Below, in pieces: positions 7,896-16,296 of a stretch of 20,000 nt of DNA (within the stretch, counting starts at the first letter, position 1; each line of letters begins with the position of its first letter). Below the pieces are notes generated by a model. It was given only the letters and a program-made list of their open reading frames with translations. It had not been told where the DNA came from and searched no databases. The position numbers and the translations under genes were made by a program. The stretch is taken from IMG/VR virus record IMGVR_UViG_3300042878_002054. One strand, 5' to 3'. Source of the DNA: an uncultured virus (IMG/VR IMGVR_UViG_3300042878_002054) (taxonomy: Duplodnaviria; Heunggongvirae; Uroviricota; Caudoviricetes).

Positions 7896-8657
7896 ATGGG
7901 ATTCAATTATAATTTCACCTATATAATCAGTTATAGACATAGTGTAGAAAGACTGAATAATCTAAAAAGAACATTGGAGTGGATAAACGCTTTTTCCGGT
8001 GCAGAGATTATTATAGTAGAACAGGACAAGCATTCAAAGCTTAAAGACATCAAATTACCATGTAGACATATTTTTATAAAATCAAACATGCCTTTCAACA
8101 AGTCTTGGGGATTCAATGTAGGATTAAAATATGCGAATTCAAACGTAATAGTATTTGGTGATTCTGATTTGATAATGGACCCACAAGAGTTTATCAAATC
8201 TGTAAAGATGTTAGACCAATACGAGATGGTCAATCCTTATAACTCTGTTATTGACCTAACTCCACAAGAATCTGGTGCCGGTTTTGAACAGATAATGCAA
8301 ATCAACAGAGCAGGTAGAGGAGAAACTGATATTCAGAAAGTTCCTTTATGTGGTGGAATCTGTATCTTTAGAAGAGAAGCTATACATAAGATTGGTGGAT
8401 GGCACGAGGACTTTATCGGTTGGGGCGGAGAAGATGATTTTCAGTCAGTTAAGGTAAAAGCATTCTTAAACTGGTATGAAAATAAAGCAAAATGTTTCCA
8501 TATCTATCACGATAGATCTGCACCAGATATGAAATGGTATCAAAGAAATCTTCAACTTCTTCAAAAACTTAGTCCAATGAATAAAGAAGAGTTGCAAAAA
8601 GTGATAAACAACGTCACTCCAAAATCAGGTTTGAAATACAAATATGACAACTTTTAA
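7896..8657 (+). CDS. GT-A glycosyltransferase (GT2 / galactosyltransferase GT7-C-like)
   Basis: IIIVEQD, FNKSWGFNVG, DSD (DxD), GGWHEDFIGWGGEDDF, FHIYH. Confidence 0.9.
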   Translation: MGFNYNFTYIISYRHSVERLNNLKRTLEWINAFSGAEIIIVEQDKHSKLKDIKLPCRHIFIKSNMPFNKSWGFNVGLKYANSNVIVFGDSDLIMDPQEFIKSVKMLDQYEMVNPYNSVIDLTPQESGAGFEQIMQINRAGRGETDIQKVPLCGGICIFRREAIHKIGGWHEDFIGWGGEDDFQSVKVKAFLNWYENKAKCFHIYHDRSAPDMKWYQRNLQLLQKLSPMNKEELQKVINNVTPKSGLKYKYDNF

Positions 8658-9378
8658 TGATAAACTAAAATCAATCTGTAACTACTCTGAAGAAAATAAG
8701 AGTATAGGTCCAACTGCCCAATTGATGTATATGGATATGATAGTAGAAGACGACGAGACTAGAAGAGAGGTAAAGAGAAAGAAAAGAAATCTTACAATAG
8801 ACACCGTTTTAGATGAGGTAGACGAAAACGGAGACTACACATCTGAGACAATATCTTCAGAAGAAGGATCTATTGCGACAATATCTCCAAAGATCATGAC
8901 TCTAAATACTCAATCAAATCCTTTTGTAGATGATGAGAGTTTATACAATAATGTAATCACATTTTTAGAAAGTAACACAAAACAAAAACACCATTATCCA
9001 ATAAGTCTTGATTATGTGGCGATGAACGACCCACATAGTACATTAGAGGAAAACAACGCAATAAACTTCAGAAGGATTATAACAAAGATTGCACACGCAT
9101 CCAACTTTATCGCAGCAGAAGGAAGAATGGGTCCAGGAACCGCAGTGATTGTCGGTAGAAATAACTGGCATTGGTTCGATAGTCAATCAGATTTTATGCT
9201 TGGAACTATTTCTATTATATTAGATGAAAACATTAGTCCAAATAAGATTATAGTCGCTCGTGGTGGTAGAATGGATCAGAGTGGTATTATATGTGTAAAA
9301 AGTATACCAGATAATACTTATTGTCTAAAAGAAACTCCACATTGGGAAAAACAATATGTATGGTTTACTGTAAAATAA
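8644..9378 (+). CDS. Hypothetical protein with a C-terminal segment resembling part of T4-type major capsid protein gp23
   Basis: IITKIAHASNFIAAEGRMGPGTAVIVG ... IILDENISPNKIIVARGG recalls gp23 'IARQTGRGEGNFII ... VYIDQY...FTVGYKG' (recalled, not aligned). Confidence 0.55.
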   Translation: MTTFNDKLKSICNYSEENKSIGPTAQLMYMDMIVEDDETRREVKRKKRNLTIDTVLDEVDENGDYTSETISSEEGSIATISPKIMTLNTQSNPFVDDESLYNNVITFLESNTKQKHHYPISLDYVAMNDPHSTLEENNAINFRRIITKIAHASNFIAAEGRMGPGTAVIVGRNNWHWFDSQSDFMLGTISIILDENISPNKIIVARGGRMDQSGIICVKSIPDNTYCLKETPHWEKQYVWFTVK

Positions 9379-9379
9379 G

Positions 9380-9404
9380 AAAAGCACTCATTTGAGTGCT
9401 TTTT
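9380..9404. terminator. Bidirectional intrinsic terminator
   Basis: AAAA-GCACTC-attt-GAGTGC-TTTTT between convergent genes. Confidence 0.85.
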
Positions 9405-9960
9405 ATGTATATTGAAGTTTTTTTGCTGGTATTCTTACCTTATCATATTTAGTAAGTAACTTATAAAGTTTTTCCCATTCTTCTTTAGGATTTCTAACGA
9501 TTCTTTCATACCATTTATTGTTGTTCTGATACTCTACAACCATTCCTATTTTAAGATCCTCTTGAGATTTTGGTTTCCAATATCTAGTCTTTTCTACAAA
9601 AGAAAATGATATTCCACTATGTATGTATGATTTGTTTGATTCGTTAGTATTGTACATTACTATCTCTAATGGTTCTTCTGAACCGTTAAAGAAAACTCTT
9701 TTGGCTTCTGACTCACCTAAATATTTTATGATTGCGTTTTTTTCGTTGAAATGTCCTAAAAGAAAAAGAACATCGTTTCTAAGTTCATCGTTGTCTGTTC
9801 TACCAAATGCCATTATTGAATCTTCGAACATACCTTCAAAATATCCTTTTATTGGAAGTATTTGATAGTTCTTTGCATACAATACTGATGTAATCTGATC
9901 CAGATTTTCAGAAGAAGAAATAAGCATGTATGAAGTGTTTGGTTGTTCTAATCCTAGCAT
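9403..9960 (-). CDS. Hypothetical two-domain protein (ferredoxin-like DUF3293/SAM-lyase-like N-domain; SH3-like C-domain)
   Basis: ORF is solid. GYFEGMFEDS...FNEKNAII and LKIGMVVEY...KW patterns give only tentative fold calls. Confidence 0.55.
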   Translation of the reverse strand: MLGLEQPNTSYMLISSSENLDQITSVLYAKNYQILPIKGYFEGMFEDSIMAFGRTDNDELRNDVLFLLGHFNEKNAIIKYLGESEAKRVFFNGSEEPLEIVMYNTNESNKSYIHSGISFSFVEKTRYWKPKSQEDLKIGMVVEYQNNNKWYERIVRNPKEEWEKLYKLLTKYDKVRIPAKKLQYT

Positions 9961-9964
9961 AGTT

Positions 9965-10003
9965 TATATATAAATATTTCCTTCTGGTATATCTTATATA
10001 TTA
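9965..10003 (-). promoter_or_regulatory. Two T(A/T)ATATATA elements (putative late promoters)
   Basis: TAATATATA at 10003-9995, and TTATATATA at 9973-9965, 4 nt before ATG 9960. Confidence 0.5.
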
Positions 10004-10005
10004 TT

Positions 10006-11277
10006 TTAAAAAAGGTGAAATTCCTCATAAAGCTTTGTTTTGAATATGGCTTCGACCTCATCTCTTTTATTTCTTGGTATTATTATACTATCGTGAACAG
10101 TAACTATTTTTATTTCTGGAAAAGAATTTTTAACTTCTCGTATTATTTTATTGAAGATTAAATTAGACTCTGCTTTTTGTAGTTCATATGCCAAAACTTT
10201 ATAGTCTCCTTTTTCCTTTTTGTATAGTTTTATGAAATTGTGTATAGTTGGAAATAGTTCTCTGAACACTTTGTCTGCTTTGCTATTGTGAACGTTTCTT
10301 CCAAATAAGACTTTGTACGTCATTTCTTTGACCATAGGACGATCATTTGTCTTCATATGATTCATTACGTGTTGGTAGTAGTTTCCGTTTACCGTAAGGT
10401 CTCTAAATAGCTCAAACTCCTCGGTGTTTACCCATTTAGAGTTACTATCTGCTATTATCTTAGTAAGGAACAAAGGTTGACTATTCTTTATGTCAATCTC
10501 ATGTGTTTCCTCACCATCCAATAAAAGACAGTTCTTTCTAATGAAAGATTTTAATATAGTGAAGTTTGTGTGCATTCTTCCGTAACTATCAAAATGATAG
10601 AATATATGTTTGTCGTTCACACATTCAACAGAGTATCTGTTTCTGTTATATATGTCAGTGTCGTTGTGTTGAAGATTATCTAAATAGAATATGGCTCTAT
10701 CAAACTCTATCTTTGTATAGAATAGGTCGTCTACAAGCATCGCTTTTATATCTGCGTCTATTAATCCATTTTTTATTCCATCTTCTTCTACTTGTGATAC
10801 CTTGTTTTTGTACTTCTTCAAAAGAGTCGTGTCTTTGTTGACGTATCTCTTTATTTTTCCTTTAAGTATGTGTTCTGATATCTTATAGACTTTGGCGTTT
10901 CTACCTGCTCTATAGTTTGCGACCATAGATATGGTCTTCGTTTCTATTAGATAGTCCATATAGTAGTTGTATAGGTGTCCGTACTTCTCTTTGAGAATGG
11001 TGGACATGAGATGAAATCTGTTGTCTTTTTTGAAATAGTATTTCAGTATTAAGTTGTGGACTATATCTAAAGCATATGAAGACTTTAGTTTTTGACCTTT
11101 ATATTCGAAGTTTTTGTTTTTTGAAAATTCCTCCATCGATTCTGGTAAAAACTGAAGACTGTGTTTTTTGTCTTCTAGTTTCTTTCTGATATTGGAATAG
11201 CCACTGATTTTGAATAATGGTACGATTGAATTTTCACTCATACATTTTATATCCACTAGTTCAGGATATGTTTTCAT
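10006..11277 (-). CDS. Divergent family-A / T7-RNAP-like palm-domain nucleotide polymerase, no exonuclease
   Basis: GRMHT pre-motif, motif A EIDIKNSQP, motif B RPMVKEMTYKVLFG, FPTIHNFI, LQKAES, motif C TVHDSII. Confidence 0.75.
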   Translation of the reverse strand: MKTYPELVDIKCMSENSIVPLFKISGYSNIRKKLEDKKHSLQFLPESMEEFSKNKNFEYKGQKLKSSYALDIVHNLILKYYFKKDNRFHLMSTILKEKYGHLYNYYMDYLIETKTISMVANYRAGRNAKVYKISEHILKGKIKRYVNKDTTLLKKYKNKVSQVEEDGIKNGLIDADIKAMLVDDLFYTKIEFDRAIFYLDNLQHNDTDIYNRNRYSVECVNDKHIFYHFDSYGRMHTNFTILKSFIRKNCLLLDGEETHEIDIKNSQPLFLTKIIADSNSKWVNTEEFELFRDLTVNGNYYQHVMNHMKTNDRPMVKEMTYKVLFGRNVHNSKADKVFRELFPTIHNFIKLYKKEKGDYKVLAYELQKAESNLIFNKIIREVKNSFPEIKIVTVHDSIIIPRNKRDEVEAIFKTKLYEEFHLF

Positions 11278-11489
11278 GATTCGTAAATTTTGCGAACCTT
11301 TGATCTTCTACCTGAAGTTCTGTTAATATCCTTCCATTCTTTCATAAGAGTTGCCTCTATTTCAGAGACATGGTCCATACCATACATACTCTGTAAATCA
11401 GTCGCTAGCTCGCGGGTCCATTGAGCACGCAAAGGTCTTGTCTCTGTTTTTACTTCAACAGAGGTCATCTTTAAATCTATAGATTTCAT
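11274..11489 (-). CDS. 71-aa protein resembling an internal fragment of T4-type major capsid protein gp23
   Basis: VEVKTETRPLRAQWTRELATDLQSMYGMDHVSEIEATLMKE versus gp23 'IEAKSRQLKAAYSIELAQDLRAVHGMDADAELSGILATE' (recalled); start/stop overlaps with both neighbours. Confidence 0.7.
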   Translation of the reverse strand: MKSIDLKMTSVEVKTETRPLRAQWTRELATDLQSMYGMDHVSEIEATLMKEWKDINRTSGRRSKVRKIYES

Positions 11490-12859
11490 TATTTGATTGG
11501 AGCTTTAGGTTCTTCTTCTACTACTTGTTCTTCAGGAATCGCAGGTCCTTTACCACCTTTACCTTTTTTCTTTTTGTCTGTCGCAGCACCTTTTGTGAAC
11601 TCATCATATACGTCAGGATAAACTTCACCTTCCGCATCAGTATCGTATTGAATATCGAAGAAATCACCAAAGTCTAATAAACCAGACCTCGTAAGTTCAA
11701 GTTCATGAATCTTATTTAGATAGTTATCAATGTGTTTACTGATATCATCTATGAAAAGATTTAAAAGTTTTACGGTATTTTCTGTAAAAACTCCGATTGG
11801 TTTTTTTCTTTTTTTGTTAAAAGAACCTAATATCACTTTGAATATGTACTCAAGTTTTGGACTTTCGTTTATGTATTCTTTTGTAAGTTTATTTTCAATC
11901 AATTCTGTGTTTATCTTAAACTTGTCTTTATCAAAAAATTCAGGAACTATAAACTCAAAATCTAATAAGTCTTGTTTTAGTTCTCCAATATAGAAGTTAA
12001 AAAGTTTACACATCAAATAGATATAGATGTCATCTTTTTTCTCTCCTTTCATTTTTATATCCTTTAAGTCTATCGATTGACAGAAATTCAAAAAGTTCAC
12101 TAATATCAAAGTGTATATTTCAACAAAGTCGGTGCTATTTGAATCACTTACTCTTGTGTAGAGAGGGTTTAAAAGTTCAAAAGAAACATCTTTTATTTTT
12201 GATCGAATTATTAACTTTTCAATGTTTGATTGGAATTCGTCTTCCATTAAGAAAGAGTTTTCTGATGCAGGATTAAGTATTTTGTAAAAGAAGAAAGCAA
12301 AGTTTTTTTCTCCAAAAACATATTCTAAATCTTCTTCACTTGTATTTAAGAAGTATTTAATGGCTTCTATCATTCTTTCTGATAAAACACCTTGAAACAT
12401 TATAGGAAGCATATCTACATCAAACAATCTAGCATATTCGTCTATCTCATCTATGATAAAATCATACTTTCCACTTTTATAGATTGCACTTAAAACAAGT
12501 TTGTTCTTAGGCATTCTTTCATATTCAATGTTTGCTGGTTGGTTGTCCGGAAAGTATTCAAAACAAAACCACCATTTTTTGTTCAAAAGAGATTTTACTC
12601 TTATATCTAAAGAGTTAAGATAATCTATTGCAGGATTGTAATAATTCTGCATTGCCAAATCGACAAGATTTATTTCTTGATTGCTTATAGACTTTGGTTT
12701 GATAGAAAAGTCTTTTCCATTCCAGTTTGCCCAGATTTTTGATCCTTGAACGTCTTCGAATACAACTATTTCGTTTGCGAAAATTTCGTCTAACAAAGTT
12801 TGACTTTCGGTTTCGTTAAGATTTATCAGTTTTCCCATATTTTTGTTATAGTCTTCCAT
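11489..12859 (-). CDS. Hypothetical protein with degenerate RNA/DNA-ligase (nucleotidyltransferase)-like N-domain
   Basis: VFEDVQGS (motif I without Lys), FCFEY, LPIMFQG, IEKLIIR, FELLNP in ligase motif order. Start moved to ATG 12859 because the longer start runs through the divergent promoter region. Confidence 0.55.
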   Translation of the reverse strand: MEDYNKNMGKLINLNETESQTLLDEIFANEIVVFEDVQGSKIWANWNGKDFSIKPKSISNQEINLVDLAMQNYYNPAIDYLNSLDIRVKSLLNKKWWFCFEYFPDNQPANIEYERMPKNKLVLSAIYKSGKYDFIIDEIDEYARLFDVDMLPIMFQGVLSERMIEAIKYFLNTSEEDLEYVFGEKNFAFFFYKILNPASENSFLMEDEFQSNIEKLIIRSKIKDVSFELLNPLYTRVSDSNSTDFVEIYTLILVNFLNFCQSIDLKDIKMKGEKKDDIYIYLMCKLFNFYIGELKQDLLDFEFIVPEFFDKDKFKINTELIENKLTKEYINESPKLEYIFKVILGSFNKKRKKPIGVFTENTVKLLNLFIDDISKHIDNYLNKIHELELTRSGLLDFGDFFDIQYDTDAEGEVYPDVYDEFTKGAATDKKKKGKGGKGPAIPEEQVVEEEPKAPIK

Positions 12860-12885
12860 TTGATTTTTGTTTTTTATCAATAGGT

Positions 12886-12942
12886 TATATATATAAAATT
12901 GATATGGTGCTTTTTTAAACAAACATGTCGGGTACATATATA
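12886..12942. promoter_or_regulatory. Divergent pair of TATATA elements (putative late promoters)
   Basis: Minus-strand TTATATATATA at about 12897-12886 before ATG 12859; plus-strand ACATATATA at 12934-12942 before ATG 12950. Confidence 0.45.
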
Positions 12943-12949
12943 ATGTCAT

Positions 12950-13888
12950 ATGAAGAAACTGCTATTTATTGTGCCTCATCTTTCCACAGGAGGAATGCCA
13001 CAATTCGTTTTAAAACAGATAGAGATTCTAAAAGAGGAATACGACATATCTCTTGTAGAATGGGAAAATATAACAGGTGGAGTATATGTCGTTCAAAGAA
13101 ATGCAGTAGAAAGTATTCTTGGTTCTAAGTTTTATAGTCTTAGTTTAAATAAAACAGAACTTCTGAGTATTTTGTCTGATGTCGAACCAGATATAGTTCA
13201 TTTTCATGAAATACCAGAAACGTTTGTCAATGTTGGAATACTAAACAACATCTATTCTGCAGATAGAGACTATCATATAGTAGTGACGACACATTCGTCA
13301 ACCACTAATCCATCTACTATAAAATATACTGCAGATAGATATGTTCTTGTTTCTGAATGGAGTAAAGATGTCTTTGATAAATTCTTCAAAGGTGAGATTG
13401 AGTGTGAGGTCTGGGAGTATCCTATTGAGAAATATGAATATGACAAAGATTCTGCAAAAGAAGAGCTAGGTTGGAACAAAGACTACAAACATATTTTGAA
13501 TGTTGGTTTATTTACAAGAGGTAAAAATCAAGGTGAGCTTTTTGAACTAGCAAAAGAATTCGAAAATGAAAAGGTTATGTTTCATTTCGTAGGAAATCAA
13601 GCAGTAAACTTCAAAGACTATTGGGGTCCTATTATGGAATCAATACCTAAAAATTGTATTGTTCATGGAGAACGAAACGACGTAGATAAGTTCTACAAAG
13701 CCGCAGACCTTTTTTACTTTACTTCCAACTTTGAATTAAGTCCTTTGGCAGTGAAAGAGGCTTTGAGTTATAACTTACCTACATTCATAAAAAAGTTACA
13801 CACATACAAAAACATGTATGATGAGAAAGTAACCTATATAGTAGGTGACAAATCTGAAAATAAAAAGAATATATTAAGATATGTATAA
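12950..13888 (+). CDS. GT-B glycosyltransferase, GT4-like
   Basis: PHLSTGGMPQ, PDIVHFH, LNVGLFTRGKNQ, FYKAADLFYFTSNFELSPLAVKEALSYNLP (E-x7-E). Confidence 0.92.
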   Translation: MKKLLFIVPHLSTGGMPQFVLKQIEILKEEYDISLVEWENITGGVYVVQRNAVESILGSKFYSLSLNKTELLSILSDVEPDIVHFHEIPETFVNVGILNNIYSADRDYHIVVTTHSSTTNPSTIKYTADRYVLVSEWSKDVFDKFFKGEIECEVWEYPIEKYEYDKDSAKEELGWNKDYKHILNVGLFTRGKNQGELFELAKEFENEKVMFHFVGNQAVNFKDYWGPIMESIPKNCIVHGERNDVDKFYKAADLFYFTSNFELSPLAVKEALSYNLPTFIKKLHTYKNMYDEKVTYIVGDKSENKKNILRYV

Positions 13889-15902
13889 AGCATTGAAAAA
13901 AAATCCTAATCCAATAAAGGATGTAAATCCTATAAAATTTATATGCAACTACAACGAAGGTGCTTATTTAGAAGTTCAGTCGGAACTTGAAAGAAAATTC
14001 AAAGTTGAATTTACCAACTCAAAAGGTCAGATTGAATACTCTACTGAGATTGGATCAAATATGTGGTGTAGAACCAGTAAAAAATATGTAGAAGAATACA
14101 CATGTACCGTAAAGGACGAATCGGGTAAAATAGTCTTTGTTGAAAAGTACAATCCTACAGGCAAAAGAGTTTATATAACACTCGAATCAAAATCACTTGG
14201 TGATACTATGGCTTGGTTTCCTTATATTGACGAATTTAGAAAAAAGTGGAAATGTACTGTAGTTTGTTCAACATTCCACAACAATCTTTTTATAGACCAA
14301 TATCCTGATCTTGAGTTTGTATCACCAGGAACAAACGTGCCTGAAATATATGCAACCTATAGAATAGGTTTATTCTTTATGAATGAAAAAATTGATTATA
14401 GTAAGCATAGAAAAAATCCTACAAAGATTTCATTGTTAGAAATGGCTACAGATATACTTGGATTGGAATACTCTGAGATTAGACCAATATTGAGACCATC
14501 ACGAGTAGAAAAGAAAAAGAAAAGAGTTGGTATCGGAATGCATTCGACTGCACAGACGAAGTATTGGAACAACCCAACAGGATGGCAAGAGTTAACAGAC
14601 TTTTTGTTACTACAGGGTTATGAAGTAGTTATGATGTCTAAAGAGGCAGATGGTTATATGGGTAACTTTTATCCAAAAGGAGTTATTAAACTTCCAGAAA
14701 ACTCATTTGATGATTTGATTGATAATCTTTACTCTTGTGAGTTCTTTATTGGAATAAGTAGTGGACTTAGTTGGCTTGCTTGGGCGGTGAATATACCGGT
14801 AGTACTTATATCTGGATTTACAGGAGAGTATATGGAACCCACAGACAATGTAATAAGAATAATAGAAAAAAGTGTTTGTAACGATTGTTGGGCTAGACAT
14901 AAATTTGATCCAGGAGATTGGAACTGGTGTCCTGACCACAAAGGAACTCCAAGACAATTCGAATGTAGCAAATCGATAACACCGGAGATGGTCATCGAAT
15001 CTATGATATCAAACGGACTTTTAGGCGGAGAAAAGATTGTAAAGGACACTATAAAGTCTATCATATTCTATTCCGACGCAAACTACGAGTATCAAGCCAA
15101 ATCATTGGTGGAATCGATATTGATGAACACGGAAGAAGACATTAAAATGTTTTATTACACTATAGGATTTGAGTCTTCTATAGAACATGAAAGACTTACT
15201 AAAATCGAGATACCTATCGATGCGAGCAAGCCTACGGGATATAGAACTTTTGAGTTTTACAAACCAAACATTATATTAGAGCATTTGGATAGATTTGGTG
15301 GAAAAGCACTTTTCTTAGATACTGATATCATAGTAGGTAGAAGATTTGATATTAATTACTTTGAGAATAAAAACGATTATCCGTTATTGGCAAATGGTAA
15401 CTGGTCTTATCCTTATGCGTTTGAAGGAACACAAAGATATGACGAGGGTGCTTTGATGAAGTATTTTGGAGTATCTGAAAGATCAATGGAATATGTTTAT
15501 TCCAACATAATAAGCTTTTCTGAAAGATGTAGAGACTTTATAATGGAGTGGAAATCTATATGTGATAATCAGTATCTTCTTTCAAAGAGAAAAGTATTTT
15601 TCCCGTTTCCTGATGAGACTGCCATAAATGTAGTTCTTTGGAAAAGAAACGCGACAAAAAACCTTGGAAGAGTATATCTAAATACTTTAGAGTTTGAACC
15701 TTTTGAATATGTTGAGAAAAACGACGATATAAAAGGAGATCCTAAAATAAACAACGGAATAATGGGAAGTGATCTTTTAAGATGTGACAACTCATCTAAA
15801 ATAATGTTATATCATGGAATAAAAGATAAAGATGTTCTTGATAAAGTTGTTGAGTATATGAAAGTCAAAAATGAAAAAGTTAAATCTTTACAAACATTAT
15901 AA
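13881..15902 (+). CDS. TibC/Aah-like protein O-heptosyltransferase fused to a C-terminal GT-A (GT8-like) domain
   Basis: SLGDTMAWFPY (D108), STAQTKYWNNPTGW, FFIGISSGLSWLAWA, VVLISGF and four-Cys site C333/C336/C350/C362 (CNDCW...WCPDHKGTPRQFECSKSIT); C-terminal FYKP, LFLDTDII, DETAINV, YHG. Confidence 0.9.
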   Translation: MYKALKKNPNPIKDVNPIKFICNYNEGAYLEVQSELERKFKVEFTNSKGQIEYSTEIGSNMWCRTSKKYVEEYTCTVKDESGKIVFVEKYNPTGKRVYITLESKSLGDTMAWFPYIDEFRKKWKCTVVCSTFHNNLFIDQYPDLEFVSPGTNVPEIYATYRIGLFFMNEKIDYSKHRKNPTKISLLEMATDILGLEYSEIRPILRPSRVEKKKKRVGIGMHSTAQTKYWNNPTGWQELTDFLLLQGYEVVMMSKEADGYMGNFYPKGVIKLPENSFDDLIDNLYSCEFFIGISSGLSWLAWAVNIPVVLISGFTGEYMEPTDNVIRIIEKSVCNDCWARHKFDPGDWNWCPDHKGTPRQFECSKSITPEMVIESMISNGLLGGEKIVKDTIKSIIFYSDANYEYQAKSLVESILMNTEEDIKMFYYTIGFESSIEHERLTKIEIPIDASKPTGYRTFEFYKPNIILEHLDRFGGKALFLDTDIIVGRRFDINYFENKNDYPLLANGNWSYPYAFEGTQRYDEGALMKYFGVSERSMEYVYSNIISFSERCRDFIMEWKSICDNQYLLSKRKVFFPFPDETAINVVLWKRNATKNLGRVYLNTLEFEPFEYVEKNDDIKGDPKINNGIMGSDLLRCDNSSKIMLYHGIKDKDVLDKVVEYMKVKNEKVKSLQTL

Positions 15903-15915
15903 AAACAATAAAAGT

Positions 15916-16296
15916 ATGATTTTAGTAGAAGTAAGTATAGGTGAGATATTGGACAAACTGACAATATTGAGTATTAAAAAGAATCGTATTTCAGATCCTG
16001 AAAAACTTGTTCACATAGGGAAAGAGTATGATATATTAGAAGAGAAATCAAAACATTATCTTGATTCTAAAGAAGTGAAAGATTTGTTTGACGAACTCAT
16101 TGATGTAAATTTGAAGCTTTGGATAATCGAAGACGATTTGAGAGATTTAGAGTCACAGAAAAGATTCGATGATGAGTTTGTACAAAAGGCCAGGCTGGTA
16201 TACATGACCAACGACCTTAGATTTAAGTTAAAGAACCAAATAAACCAAATAACAAACTCTGGAGTTCAAGAACAAAAAGGATATAAGGTGTATTAA
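15916..16296 (+). CDS. DUF6165-family protein
   Basis: VEVSIGEILDKLTILSIK ... LWIIEDDLR ... FVQKARLVYMTNDLRFKLK ... EQKGY. ATG 15916 preferred over the overlapping 15871 start. Confidence 0.85.
   Translation: MILVEVSIGEILDKLTILSIKKNRISDPEKLVHIGKEYDILEEKSKHYLDSKEVKDLFDELIDVNLKLWIIEDDLRDLESQKRFDDEFVQKARLVYMTNDLRFKLKNQINQITNSGVQEQKGYKVY

Noticed and set aside
8644..11489. The two gp23-like pieces as one split or intron-interrupted capsid gene
   Set aside because: They lie on opposite strands, are separated by a terminator and two unrelated genes, and together cover only a small part of a capsid protein.
12860..12949. 30-codon N-terminal extension of the 486-aa ORF
   Set aside because: It spans the AT-rich divergent promoter region and abuts the opposite gene's ATG; 12859 is the more plausible start.
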